NCBI GenBank assembly: GCA_951406725.2
Contig: OX597823.1
Coordinates: forward strand, 113,274,001 to 113,338,000
DNA: 64,000 nucleotides
DNA from: Octopus vulgaris
Taxonomy: Eukaryota
Direction of reading: 5' to 3'
Part shown: piece by piece, positions 14,778 to 30,744 of the stretch
Numbering within the stretch: the first letter of the stretch is position 1
Layout of the letters: each line of letters starts with the position of its first letter
Program-made: the position numbers and the translations under genes
The notes under the pieces: model-generated
Seen by the model: only the letters and a program-made list of their open reading frames with translations
Databases searched by the model: none
What the model was told of the DNA's origin: nothing

Positions 14778-15582
14778 ATGCCTTGATGCAGTACCAGGCA
14801 GTGGCTCTCGTGGCTTCTGATCTTAACTGATTGAAAGTGTTATCACTAAAGGAAACAATTTGACAAGACAGTCAGTCACCGGCTGATACTCGCTGATGAT
14901 ACATCGAAGAGGCCAGGGAACAGAAGAAAGAAGAAGAAAGAAGACATGCACTCAACACCAGAGCTGAAGACACCTCCGAAAGAGGAGTTGGAGCCGAAAC
15001 CTGACGTGGTTCATCCTGATGATGTCTTGAGCTAACTGGATCCTATAAAGGAGCTGTTTTGGTAGCAGACCACGAAACACGGTTGTAATTCCTTCTTACA
15101 TTGTTTTGTCTTGGTATAAATGATGGGCTACAGCAAATATTCTGCTCAATACCACATAGTTGCTTGTCACTTGTTTGACCGTAACCAATTGAGCATGTCC
15201 CTTAGTGGCTGATGATATGTGCATCTCTGATCACGAGCAGAGGTAGTGGGGGAGCATCATAGCCATGTGTTGAGAGGGATTCTTTGGGGTTTGAATAATT
15301 TACCTCTGGAAACATGGGTGTTTCATTCAACATCCTTAAGCAATCCTTATTCAGGGACCTTTTGAGCGTGATGGGTTACTCGACCAGAATAAAATTGTAA
15401 CTGGACCCCACCTGCAAGGTCACGTGCTGTTTATCTTGATATGAGATCACCATGTCGTTCACACATGGTTGTGATGCATGTGCCTGGTGTAGCCTTATCA
15501 GACGGGTAGTAATGATGGGTATACTGGGCTTCATATATTTTATCCCATTTTCACTTTGATGGCATGCACTGCTCTCTCATTC
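14778..15582 (+). mobile_element. 556-bp AAT-embedded non-coding element, copy 1, interrupted by a ~250-bp insertion (14846-15096)
   Basis: Begins ATGCCTTGATGCAGTACCAGGCAGTGG and ends CACTGCTCTCTCATTC. (AAT/AAC)n on both sides. Aligns by eye with the other four copies. Confidence 0.88.
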
Positions 15583-16379
15583 AATGATAATAGTAATAAT
15601 AATAATAATAATAATAACAATGACAACAACAACAATAATAATAATAATAATAGCAACAACAAACTAATAAATATAATTACTAACCATGACCTTTACAAGA
15701 AAATAACGGATCCACAGATTAAATCCTCAAATAAAAACTACAGTAACTGACAAAATTTTGTGCTGCACGAAATTTTTTCAATGAACTGGTCACGGTTTCA
15801 AAGTAACGAAACTATTTTAACACAAATTAAATTTAAATGTTTGGGTGAAACTAACGGTTTTTGTGTGTTCTTAAATGGCTTATAAACATCTTCCACGCTG
15901 CAATTGTTTTTGGGTCAGCACATGATCTCAGATCAAGTCATGTGCTATGCAAGTACATCTCCGTAATTATCAATATCTTTTCAGACAACGTATTCATCAT
16001 GATAATACTAAACTTCTGACAACACAAACACACGTACGCTACCTGTGACATATACACACACATAGTCATCGACTCTCTCACTATCACTCTCTATGAAAAA
16101 ATAAAGGTCGACTTTTGAAGTACATACACACCGACACAGGTATACCAGAAATGATATTTTAATAACCAAGAGGTAAAGTTGTCGCTATTCTTTATTACAG
16201 AAAACATTATCAATATCATTTCAGACAATGTATTTATACTCACAAATTTCTACAGACATTAAATTGATTATTATTGCTTGGATACTTCAAATTAAATAAG
16301 TCAAGAAGTTAGGTTAAATATATATACATGCATAAGTATCGTGAATTACCATTCTACAAACTGGCAAACATTTTCGTGA

Positions 16380-17270
16380 ATACTTTACCTGGCAACGCTG
16401 TGGAGTAAGTCTAGTAGTTACTAAAAATTGGTCGGAAGTCACGTGAGTCGGAAATTCTGGTTTCACTAATGCCATTCACATCGACATTCAGATCCCTGGG
16501 GTCGTTGAGCAGGTGACACCGCTTCCAAGGCGGCTCCAGGTCACATACATTCACGTTGCCTATTCTGTACACGACCATGTTGTCGGAATAAGAAAAAGAA
16601 AACTTTCTTGGTTTTGTTGGGGGTCGGGCAGACTGCCCGTCCCAACTTTTGGTTTGGGGTGTTTCCAACAGTAAATAACCAAGTATTATCTTGGCGATAT
16701 TCCCTCGAAAATCTTCGGTTTTCTGTGGAAATTGGTTTTTCTAAGCGTGTGTATGTGTTTTGTGCTGTTTGAATGATTTGTATGTGAGCAGGTTGGGCGA
16801 TTGTGGGTGTAACAAAATCTTTTGGTGTAATGTTTGTGAGTGTTTTTATTATGTACTTCATTTATGTACTTCATTAATTCTGATGTTGTTGTTGCTGTTA
16901 TTGTTCTTTCTGCTGTTGCTGATGTTGTTACTTGTACTCGCATCGTCCGTTGCTTCGCTCATGAAAAAGGCTTTCATTGTTTATATTTCCGAAATTGCTT
17001 TTGTTATTTCGAACAATGTTGTCGAAAAGGGAGCCGTTATTTTTCCGAAGATTTTTTCAGAGATCATTCTCGAAAAAATTGGCCCTGCTGTCTTTTTTAT
17101 TCTTCCTTTCAACAAAAATACAGTTGTCGTCTGGTGACATTTTAGGGATAATATCTTTCCCCACAATCGCACTCTCTCTCACTGACGTTTGGTGACGCTT
17201 CTCACTCTCTCCCCCTGTTGTGTTTCTTCCATGTTGATGGGGGGAAAGCAATCGACTATGATTGACAAAC
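16380..17270 (-). pseudogene. L1/Tx1-like non-LTR fragment: degenerate ORF1 region plus the start of an APE endonuclease
   Basis: The minus-strand peptide MVVYRIGNVNVCDL...LLNDPRDLNVDVNGISETRI matches the APE N-terminal pattern (I-x-x-x-NV-x-G ... D-V-x-x-I-x-ET). Confidence 0.6.
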
Positions 17271-17780
17271 AAAATGAATTGGTCTCTCCCCTAGAAATGG
17301 GGGACAAAACAGAAGAATAAACTCACCACTCGACTGCAATTCACCTGTTGTCCACGATAAGGAAAACTTGAAGTGTGCAAATACATTTTTATGTGTTTTT
17401 TCCTTATAAAATCCACAGAGCGAGGTCAAGCGAACTTGCAAGACTGAAGGCCGTAAAGAATATAATAATAGTAATGTCCATTTGATACCAGGATCATAAA
17501 GAAAGACGACGAAAAACAAAAAACAATCAAACAATCCCTTAAAATTTAAAATTGCAAAAGTTTGGAATATGAAGCGTAAAGGTTGTGCTTCTGATAATTG
17601 GTGTATTGGGAACTGTAAGCAAAGATATTGACAAATGGTTGAATAATTGGAATACAATGGATGCAACACAACATGTTCAACGGAGTCCCACCCGTAAGAG
17701 ACAACAGCAGGATGGGTCGAACCGCTGTACAAAATAAAGATTAATACCAAATCCATCCACTGGTTACTTAAGAAATTAAT

Positions 17781-17823
<43 letters not shown>

Positions 17824-18269
17824 GTATCTATATTTGTTTTGCAAGATTCTTGATATATATACACGTATACAAGGTAATATAAATAAGCATAGATATATGT
17901 ATCATAGTATACACACAGACGCTCATGAGTCCGCACACGCCGAGACACACATATGTGCATCTCAGGGATTGCTCATTTCGTATTGGATTGTGTGTTTATG
18001 TGTTTGTGCGCCGTATGTGTGCGCGTTTAAACGTATGGCTTGAGAAAGAAGAAAACTTGTTGAATAGAGTTTTGCATCTCAGAATCAGCCTCTACCTGTC
18101 ACCAGAACCATTACCAACGAACGACAGAAGTTCTCGCTGAAGTTAAGAATGTTAATTCCCTTCTGCATTGAAATATATCAAACAACAACGTATTGTTGCA
18201 CATTATGCTTACCGGTGGACTGCTATTTGCAAGGCCGAAATTGTAGCTGAATAATAGACAGCCATACAC

Positions 18270-20235
<1,966 letters not shown>

Positions 20236-21513
20236 CGGTATTGTAATTTGCTTGAAGCACTGGTACGATTGTGAATGAGATAAGTACTTAAGAGCAATAT
20301 AGGCGATGAATTATTCAAAATATAGTGATGTTAATAGTCAATGATAAAAGCACGATAAAAGGTATTGTACTACCTTGCATAGGTATTATAATTTATGCCG
20401 AAATGTTTCGGGAAAACTACCGATTTTCAAATAGAAGGAAGAAAATAATAGATTTCGAAAATATATGTTGTTGCCAACTGGCCATTCCAGAGTATTGTAA
20501 CAAAAATCTTTCATGGATTATTTTCTTTATAATATTGATTGGTTATGAACAATTACTAAAATTCAGCAACTAAGCAATGGTTTAATTATAAGTAAAGGTT
20601 ATTCCGTAAGTAAGCCATGTATTTCGAGAATGTCTTTGTTGAAATAATATTGGTTGTAGTAAGGTGTGATAAAATACGCCGAGAATTAATATCGCGGCCA
20701 AACATCTGTTTGCCATCTATCAGTTATGTTAGGATGAATTTGTTCTGGGATTAAGAAGTTCGAGTTCACAGAGAAAGAAGGATCCAGTTAAGTCGGTTTC
20801 AAAACGTTACTGAGTGATGATGTCCGATTATGTGGGACAGTGTCTGATTTTATTATTAGCATCAGAATTAGAGGAGTTATATAAATCCGGGTGAAAACAG
20901 CGCTGGTTACCGATCCAGAAATTTTTACGTTCAATCCGTGACATTTCTTGCCAAATCGTGTCCTTGTGTAACTGTGATTGGGGAAAGCAGAAGTGTTGGT
21001 TCTGAGGTCAGAAAGAAGCCTAGGTGAAGTTGGTGCTGTAGGAGTTCTAGAACTTTTTAAATGCAAAACCTGTAATGTTTTCAATCTGGTTGATTGGAAG
21101 TGTAGGTGTAAATCGATGTCACAATTAATGATGAGATGGCATTTGAAGCACCATTTAAAAATATCGATAGGCAGCCTGGTTAATTATGGGTATAACCGCG
21201 TATTGTAACCTGCTTCAAGCATAACAAGATACGTAAATGAGATAACTGTTTGAAAAAGCTTTGCGCAATGATGATCAGGATTTACGTACAAAATGTATGA
21301 TGGGGTTCATAAAGCTTGACGAGGGACGAATCTTCTGAACGAATCCTTCACAGGAATTATCTTGTACATTTATCAGTTATCATAGCCAATTTGCATGTAT
21401 TTCACCCAAAATCCCTTCCTATAGTAAATCACTCCATAAATCATAACTGTATATTAAAGCCTTTGTGACTATGTCAGAACGTTCTCTTTTATTGATTTTA
21501 ATAATGCTATTAC

Positions 21514-21576
<63 letters not shown>

Positions 21577-21620
21577 TGCATATAAATATATAAGTGTATG
21601 TATATACGAATATGTATGTA

Positions 21621-21666
<46 letters not shown>

Positions 21667-21838
21667 CATGTATATAGTATATATGTGTGTATATAAGTGT
21701 GTATTTATATATACATATATACAGATATTTGTGTGAGTGTGTATATATTTAAAAATATATACATGTCTATACTCACGCACTCATATATAGATATATGTAT
21801 GTGTATTTATTTTCATGTATGTATGCCTGTATGGATGG

Positions 21839-21883
<45 letters not shown>

Positions 21884-22624
21884 CTTGTATACTGGTTTAA
21901 TTAATCGTAACATTTACTTACGCTTACATTCTAATGTTATGTGTATACGCTAACATAAACACACACACACACACACACACACATACGCAAGCAAACGCAA
22001 TGGATCTTGCCATCTTTACTAATGAATCAATCACCATCAGAGAATTCTGCTTAAGTTACTATGGCATTAACACCTCACACTTGTTGATCATCTAATAAAG
22101 ACTTAAATATTACAGGTCTACCCACAACGATTATCATTCCACCACTCGCAACTACAAAGAGAAATCTATAATTTCTCACCGAACGACCGATGTTATAAGC
22201 GTGATAGTCACCATTAATAAAACAAGATTAACTACCGAATTGAAAAATCTAATAAGCGAAACACACCCTCCTGCTAAAAACTTTTACATTGATGTGATAT
22301 CGTATCAAAACGTTCGTGTTAATCTTTGAGTAAACATCAAAGTTAGTGAAACGATTTCACCGAGCCATAAAATTTGATGCCTTATTTCAAATGATGGGCT
22401 TAAATTTTCACACCGTATTGCTTTTAACTCAGCAAATAAAATATTTTGATGATGATATATACACATCAATTATGCGCGCCAACGTTATCTCTCAACCCCT
22501 TTCTACTGATATGTATATGTGTATGAGACACTCCTCCTGTATGCACAAATACAAGCATATTCGCACGCTTGCGCTTACTCGCACTTCCGCAGGCACACAA
22601 CGCACTCAGATGTATATGACGCCA

Positions 22625-22696
<72 letters not shown>

Positions 22697-23019
22697 GTTA
22701 TACACATAGATCGACATAAATTTGAATACACTCACACATACGTGAATGTGCTTACTGATACACCAATCTATCTGCCTGTGTGTGTGTGTACGTGTGCGTG
22801 TGTGTATATGTGTGTGTGTCTGGAAATCCGATGAGAATGGAATAAAGGATTATATTCTGAACTTGATTAGCTTACAGTTGTTTCTGTTACAAAATGCAGT
22901 GGTATCATACTTGAGTGCCTGAGTAGCACCTTATAACTTCAGCGGTGCTTTGGATATGAAGCATATGCACATTGAATTCTACACCAGGTTACTAGTCTCG
23001 CAATGCGTAAGCTGTATAC

Positions 23020-23054
<35 letters not shown>

Positions 23055-23689
23055 CATACATACTCACATATATAATCACACGTATACACCTATATGTGTA
23101 TAGGCGTTTCTTTTTGCATATATCTTAGTTATGCCTTTCAGCCAAAAGAGCCTTAACAAATATACAACAGATACCTATTATTTCATTGCATTTGCTTATA
23201 TTCTCATCACTGTGCTTGTCCAACACGCGCAAAGTTTTATCGTCACACGTTCTATTTTCTCCATATTTTTCCTCTCTCCATTTGTTTTCTCCCCTCGTCC
23301 CTTTCTGTTCAAGAGCGTAGGCTTGAAACATCAGAGTTCTTTTTCTTTTTCCTCGGCGTCAAACTAATACATTCTGTTTGTTATTCCCTTACCTGTTTCT
23401 CTTTTGTACGTTGGTTTCTGTATCGTTGTGAAGCATGTGTGCGTGTGTGCGTGTGTACCTCTGTGTGTGTTTGTGTGTGTGTGTGTGTGTGAGAGAGAGC
23501 GTGTGTATGTGCGTGTGTGTGCGCGCGTGTGTGTGTAGCTATGAATCTATGTAAAGATATATAAATGTGAACAATTCTATGTACTATGCCGGATACATTT
23601 GGTGTTCGTCTGGTATGGTGATATTTTGTTCATTTTTGTGTGTCTTGATTATGGATGCACTGATGAGTAAAAAGTTCATTGGTTTTTAA

Positions 23690-24358
23690 AAGGCTCGCTT
23701 CGAGAGTTGCATTCCCTCGCGTTTGGTACAATGTGTTTATTATGGTAGTTTTGACTTTAAGAGTCCCTCCTGGCGTGAGACATTTATGTATAGTAATGCC
23801 CTTAATATATACCTCAGTGGGGGAAGAAGCATTCTCAGGCAGGCCATTCACACGCCGAAGCGAGGAGGCAATTGTGAAAGTTCGACAACCACTCATGGTA
23901 GACTGTCGGATAAAAATTCAGAAAATTCAACACGATGTGGGAGTAGGCACAGGGTCAGTGTTTCTATGTTAATGAAGAATGTATGCATGTGGAGAGAATT
24001 GTTGAAATTTGTACCCAAGTTGCTGGCAAAGCAGCAAAAGTAACTTCGAATGGAAATCACTCAGGGCACGCTGGACTGGGCAAATCAAATCTCAGACTTC
24101 ATAAGACCAACAGAACTGGTGATAAGACAAGGGTTTATTATCTATGCTCGATGGGCCCAGACATCTTGCATTAAAACCAAAATAGGATGAGCTCGCTCTA
24201 CACGTCTCTTAGTCCACTCTAGGTGTAAAAGCTGGGTACTAAAAAAATTTTAACGCACGCGCAAGAAGAAGGTCATCACCTTCTCCCCAAATGATTCTTC
24301 TCAACCTGCATCAGTTTTAGAGGGAAGAAGTCGGATATATTTTGAACGCAAGCCGTAT
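23690..24358 (+). pseudogene. Mariner transposase remnant
   Basis: GRPFTRRSEEAIVKVRQPLMVDCRIKIQKIQHDVGVGTGSV and KFVPKLL match the mariner HTH/WVPxxL region. TIR-like end ...TTTGAACGCAAGCCGTA followed by TA. Confidence 0.75.
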
Positions 24359-24360
24359 AC

Positions 24361-24409
<49 letters not shown>

Positions 24410-25368
24410 TACATATGTGTGTGTGTGTGTATGTGTACCTACAGAAACACACTCGTGCGCATAGAAACACACTCACATATATACATATGCATTCAGGCAC
24501 TTTGACTTCCCATTTCATATCTGAACATCACCTATGTGTCAGTTGAAACGAATATGTCGCTCGGTTTAACACCACCATGTGGAGCATTAAATGCCTTTAT
24601 CGGAGTCCTGTTGCAAGCATTTATTCCAGTCAGTTCTACCCAGTTGGAATGCTAGCAGCATTGGAAAATACCTTCTTCCTTCCCACTACTCAGTTAATTG
24701 TCAGGAACACTGCCTCGCTTCCTGGCTAAATATGAAATATAGGGTCATGTGGAAAGATCAATGTTCTCAAGTCCTTACATACAACATGAAGTCATCTAAG
24801 CATGAATCAGAGAGAATCTGAATGGAAACTGTCGTATCTATTATTGTGCTATACTCAGCATAAAATAGTCTTCTTTTAACTGCATCAAGATAGCTCACTG
24901 ATTCTTGATAGTATAACAATTTGCACAAACACCAATGCATACATAATTACACACACACTCACATATATATTTACACACAAACACACACGCAGATTTATTA
25001 TGCTCTGATACTCGTATTTACGTGAAATGAGAGTAACAGCTTGATGCATGGGGCGAATAAGACCACAAAAAATTAAATATATTAAATTGTAATATTAAAG
25101 CGTTCAAAGGAACAGCCATACCACATCATCCGTTTCACAAGTTAATAAAGATACACGTTTGTAGATTAGGTAGGAGGAGTCGTTGATAAATATATTCCAG
25201 TCTGCCATCAAAGCGGGTACAAACACCAATAACCCTACAGCTTGTTTTGAGACGCGTTCGTGGAAAGACTAAGGGTGCGTGTCTCAGGAATTCGAAGTGG
25301 ATCAACGAGAAGACGACCATACATATGTATCTATACATATTTATGCGTATGTATGCATGCATTTAAGC

Positions 25369-25399
<31 letters not shown>

Positions 25400-25411
<12 letters not shown>

Positions 25412-25617
25412 AGTGTTTGACCGCGTATGTATCGTTGGCGATGTTTTCCCTCCGCCTTCCCTTCTTTGGATCTTTCCTTTTCCTATGATTCTGACGATGA
25501 CCTCCACTCGAAACGTTAAATCCTCCTTATTTCTTTCCTTCATGAGCATCCAATAACACTATACTTGTTCCACGTCCTCACGTTGTTGTGTTTCTCTTCG
25601 TGCTTTCATGTTTGGAT

Positions 25618-25622
<5 letters not shown>
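25400..25622 (+). mobile_element. Short Penelope-type remnant containing a minimal hammerhead-like motif (25487-25522)
   Basis: GATT-CTGACGA-tgacctccactc-GAAACGTTA-AATC, bracketed by (TG)n and (TA)n. Confidence 0.5.
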
Positions 25623-25653
<31 letters not shown>

Positions 25654-28600
25654 TATATATACATATATACATGCACATAAGTATGTATGTTCATAAATTT
25701 TGTATATATATACGTATATAAGCATGCATGTATGTACGTACGTATGTATATACGTATGACTAAATGTCTGTTTTTGTGTGCGTCTGTATATACACATAAC
25801 ATTTACATGGTTAGAGGAGTTAGATTGTAAAGTTAGTTCAATAATTTCGAGTAATATATAATAAAACATATGCAACTGGAGTCTGAAAGTGTTAACGACT
25901 TTCGCGAAGACGATTTAAACATTTCATATTAGTCATAGAATAATAATGCCAAACGACATTAAACTTAATATGTAAATAATGGTTAGAATGCGCTGAAAAT
26001 AAGAAAGCTACTTCTATTTCTTTCGAAGCTCGTTAATAACTGATACAATACTTTGAGGAAACCGTTTGCGTGAGTTCATTTATTATGATGGCAATCATCA
26101 AAGGCAATAAGTAGAATTGTCTAAGAAATTTTCTGGAATTGGTTTCAGTTTTAGAGTCGTTGCCAAGGAAGACAACTGAAATACGATATTCTCCTATTCC
26201 ACAATCCAATTTATTCAATTTATTTAATCTTCTCATATATCCATAAGAAATAATATGAAATAAACGATACTAAAAAAAGTAAAATATAATAAAACAAATA
26301 CTGGTCCTTTGAAATAATTATTCTGTGAGAAATATTACACTACGTTTGTATACTGAGAGCTTTTGTTTTCTTTTTTCCTTGTATTCAATATATTTTCAGA
26401 ACATATATCTTTTTCTTTGGTCTACGTTACAAAATATATTACTTTAACTGCTCTCACTATTAATCTGTTTCATTCAGCCATATATGTATGTTTCTGTGTG
26501 TGTGTATATATGCATGTATAGTAGGTATTAGAAACCGTATAAATAGGACTTAGTACATAAATTAGAGTGTTAACACAATTTTTTGGTTAAAAATTTAAAA
26601 AAAAGCAAATGTTGTCTCCTACCAGATAATTATTATAAGAGAAGTAATCATGTCTTCGTAAAATTTGGCGGGATTAGAAATTTCATTCCCAAATTAACGA
26701 ATAATGAAAAAGATGCATAGCATACATTCATACACACAGACATACACACACACACACATATATATATGTACACGCACACAGACACACGTGTAATGCTTTC
26801 TTTGCGATTATTTACTACAAACTACTTCAAATTTGTAGCCACTGGTTATCAGGTATTATACTATATCATTCTTTTCAGATATCTTCTGCGTGATATAGCA
26901 TGTGATATATTGATTAAACATTTTATGAAACGAAGCATCTTTATAAATGGAAAATAATTGCCGCATGGAAGGAATTCACGGTACGTGTGTTTTTCTTTTG
27001 ATGTAAATGACGAGAAGATCGAAAAAAACAAAAAAACAAAAACAAAACAAAGTGGAAGTGGTGTAATAAATCGTAATATTACAGTTTGGCAGTGAAGCAA
27101 TATGCCTCCTCGCGCCGAAAAGAGCTTTCCCGCAATTATAACCCTGAATTAGAGGTAATAATATCTTAATACATTCATTTTTATGCTGGGGATGTGTACA
27201 AATTTTTCTCAGTTGTCTTTCTCTTTGTCTATTCATATTATTTGATATCTTGATGCGTTTTCCGTTCAAAAATTCATTCTCCCTATCTCCGAACTTCATA
27301 ATTATATTGGTTTCATCGAATACAATCTTATCTCAATAGATGGCAACAACCCCTACTAACGGTAATGCCTTCCATTCGTTAACGTTTCCTTATGTCTCTC
27401 TATTGGTAAACTCTTTAAATTATATTCGTGTTGGATCTTTCAATTCACGAACTACAAATAAATTTGGAAGGAATTATACTTCTTCTCATTAAAGGTGACG
27501 TAAGAAGCTTTTGAGATGAAGCAGGTAATATTTTAATGAATTCTCTCTGTTTCCTTTACAAATCTGTTTGGGGAGATTTTGTGACAAAGTCAGTCATAAA
27601 TTATGCATTTCTCAAAATATTTCCATTTCGAGTAACAGGAACTCTATTTTCCCTCATTTTACATTGATTTTTCTAGATTTATTGCCATTCGGGAAATGTG
27701 TCTTCATTAAAGAGAGGACGGTTCTCGCTACATTGGTTTTCCCATCGATGAAATGCGTTGGACGGTACTAAATTACTCTTTCTCGAGTGTTTAAGCCTAT
27801 TAGTATGGAGTACTTAATATTAACTTTGCAGTGTTTATGTTAATATCACTCGGTCTATTACTCTGATAGCTTCGTCTGAAGATAAAGTGCTTTTTATATT
27901 CCTAATTATTTTAGTGCTTAATGATGCTTGCTTTGTTTGATTTTACATTTGATCTCTTGAAGAGCTCGTATGATTTTAGTGTGAAGTTAAGCGTAAAGTC
28001 AAAGCCGTCTACGGCCGTTACGTTCGCTTGAATTCTTACAATGAGGTTGAATTTATCGAATGTTATTTTTATTTCTTGCATTTGTTGAATTCAGACCAGC
28101 CATAACAAAATCAACTTAAAACTTAAGATTAAAGACGTTCCAACCACGACTATTCCGACTTTTATTCCGAAAATGAATGTCAGTTTACATTAGTTGTATT
28201 TTTCTTGTATGTGGTGCAACATTGAATACAAACTTTCACCAACTATTATCATGACTGCTTTGTTTTTAGGCTGTCGTCTGTACCTTTTCATTATTTTCAA
28301 CAACAGTCAACAATTATCGATATATACACCAAGACAAATGCTACCCAACAATCTACAGCCGAATGTGTTGAAGTGGAAAACAACAACTATTACCACGACA
28401 ATAAATTCACAAACCTCTACGCTTTCAAAAATGCCCATGTGTGATTTTAACTTCTCTTGTACTATGTTCAAATGATCGACATAAAACCATTCTGGTGCTT
28501 AATATGATGTAATAAATCAAAATGTTATTATGAGCAAAGGGAAATAATTCAAATAAGAAAATGGCTTGAATTTATACAAATATAGTAATATGAATGTCAT

Positions 28601-28658
28601 ATAGTGAATGATGAACGCAAAATATTTAATTAGAGAATTTTTAAAATCTACACGTATT

Positions 28659-30556
28659 GGTGTAGGAGTGGCTGTGTGGTAAGTAGCTTACTTACCACGC
28701 ATGCGTGAGTTTTTCTATCACTTACGAGAATGAACACTGTCAAGACATGCATGGATGCCGTCTTGAATTAAAGAACCGTTGAAGGCGCGACTGCAAGGTA
28801 GGCATCTGTCTTTTTAGGGACTAGATGGGGAATTTTAATCCTTTAATATTGTTTTTTTTTCTCGAATAAGAAATCCTTACAGGGTCCTAGACATTTGTCT
28901 GCTGCGGTCGCGCCGTTTGACTCACTTAGTTGTGAGAATTGTTGTTTTGGTGGGCGTGTCTCGATAACAAAATTTGGAAAATTTATGAATTCGTGGAGGA
29001 ATTTTTGTGTGCTGCGACGGTGAACTGGAGTACCTGTATTCTAGTGGATTACCTGGGAGGCGGAATTGTGTTGCCGTGAATTGAACTGCCTTCCTTCGTC
29101 CTTTTTCTCTGTTCTTTTTTGTGTTTTAATTGGACTTTTTATTTGGAATATTTTAGATTTTGGGTTGACCATTTTTCTTTATTTTTCTTTTGCAAGCATG
29201 GTAAAGAAACTCCCACTGTATTGGAGTGGCAAATTGTGGCCCCCAAGCAGTAGGAAAAAACTTTGTTGAGAGAACGGTGGTGTTGAGGACTTATTCTAAG
29301 TCCCTCGATACCATCACTGTCTTCTCTCAGGCGGATATTGAAAAAGAATTGGCAGAATGTCTGCCAACTCTTAAGTTTATTGCAAGGGGTGTCAAATATG
29401 CAACGGTGTGGTTGCTGCTTGACACTCCTGGGGAGGCTCGAGATTTTGTGAGCCAACACTTCGAAGGGAAGAAAATTATGTTTCTCCCCACATAAGGTGG
29501 AAGGAAATTGACAAGTTTATGGGCTGCCACCCAGAATAGAGCGCGAATGGATAGAAGACACTATCCGTCGGGGTCTGGGTGGAAGCAGTGCCAAGCTCTT
29601 AAATGTCAAAATTCTTTCTGCAGCTGATTGGGTGGTGTCGAATGCAGTTTTGACCCTGTGGACCCAAACAGTCGATAATCTGGTTTTTACAGATTTTCTG
29701 AGGATGGCCGGCTGCAGGTAGCCGGTGATTCTTGAGGGTCGCCGCCCCCCAGGTGCCTGGTCATATAAAGAAAAACTTTCCTCAGGAACAAAGCAAAGTC
29801 CTGGGCCAGTTGATTTGTAAATGGACTATTAAATCCAAAAATTGTTTCAATACCACGTTTTGTTATTTTTTGTGTAAAAATAATAATGTTTTAATTTGTA
29901 AATGGAATATTAAGTCCAATAATTGTAAAAACGGAAGTAAGAGGTTCAATACCTCGGTTCGTATTTTGTGTTAAAAAATAATAATGTTTCAATTTGTAAA
30001 TGGACTATTAAGTTCAATAATTGTATAATTATTGTATAAGTAAGAGGTTCAATACCTCGGTTTGTTTTTGTATGTAAAAATTAATGTTTTAGAGAATAAA
30101 AAAATCGACGGGTGTTTTTTGTCTTCTATTAATATCATTTTATTTCATCATTAATGTCCAGCCCGCAAGCTTCTCTGTATCATGCCTTTATGGCAACATT
30201 TTTTGAAATAAAGTAGCTTGCTTACCAACCACATGGTTCTGGGCTCAGTCCCACCGCGTGGCACCTTGGGCATGTGTCTTCTGCTTTAGCCTCGGGCCAA
30301 CTAAAGCCTTGTGTGTGTATTTGGTCTATGGAAACTGAAAGAAGCCTGTCGTATATATGTATGTATGTGTGTCTGTGTTTGCCTCCTCAAGATCACTTGA
30401 CAAGCGATGCTGGTGTTTTTACGTCTCCATAACTTAACTGTTCGCAAAGGGACCTATAGAATAAATAATAGGCTTACAAAGAATAAGTCCTGGGGTCGAC
30501 TAAAGGCGGTGCTCCAGCCTGGCCGCAGTCAAATGACTGAAACAAGTAAAAGAGTA
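28659..30556 (+). mobile_element. CORE-like tRNA SINE split by a 1.5-kb insertion (head 28659-28697, body 30211-30556)
   Basis: The head GGTGTAGGAGTGGCTGTGTGGTAAGTAGC and the body match the intact copy at 46499-46917. Confidence 0.85.
28698..30210 (+). mobile_element. Internally deleted non-LTR element with a degenerate ORF1-like region and a 17-bp TSD
   Basis: TSD AAGTAGCTT(A/G)CTTACCA at 28681-28697 and 30211-30227. Non-low-complexity ORF 29226-29495 (VERTVVLRTYSKSL...). AT-rich 3' part with three ~34-bp repeats, ending at AATAAA. Confidence 0.65.
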
Positions 30557-30744
30557 ATGTTAAGAAAACTGAAGCTAACAGCAAGAATTTAACAATTACT
30601 TCATACAATTTAATTCACACACTTAAGAGGAAATGGAATATTTGATAGTAGAAACGGTGACAGCTATAAACTTCACATTTCTTTCAGAGACCTGTATTGT
30701 ATTATTGAAATCGCACCAGAAACGGTGCTGCTTAACATCCAGGA

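Noticed and set aside
24540-24860. Faint LINE-like traces (also 7100-7500, 20800-21400 and 27100-27420)
   Set aside because: Too degenerate to assign without a profile search.
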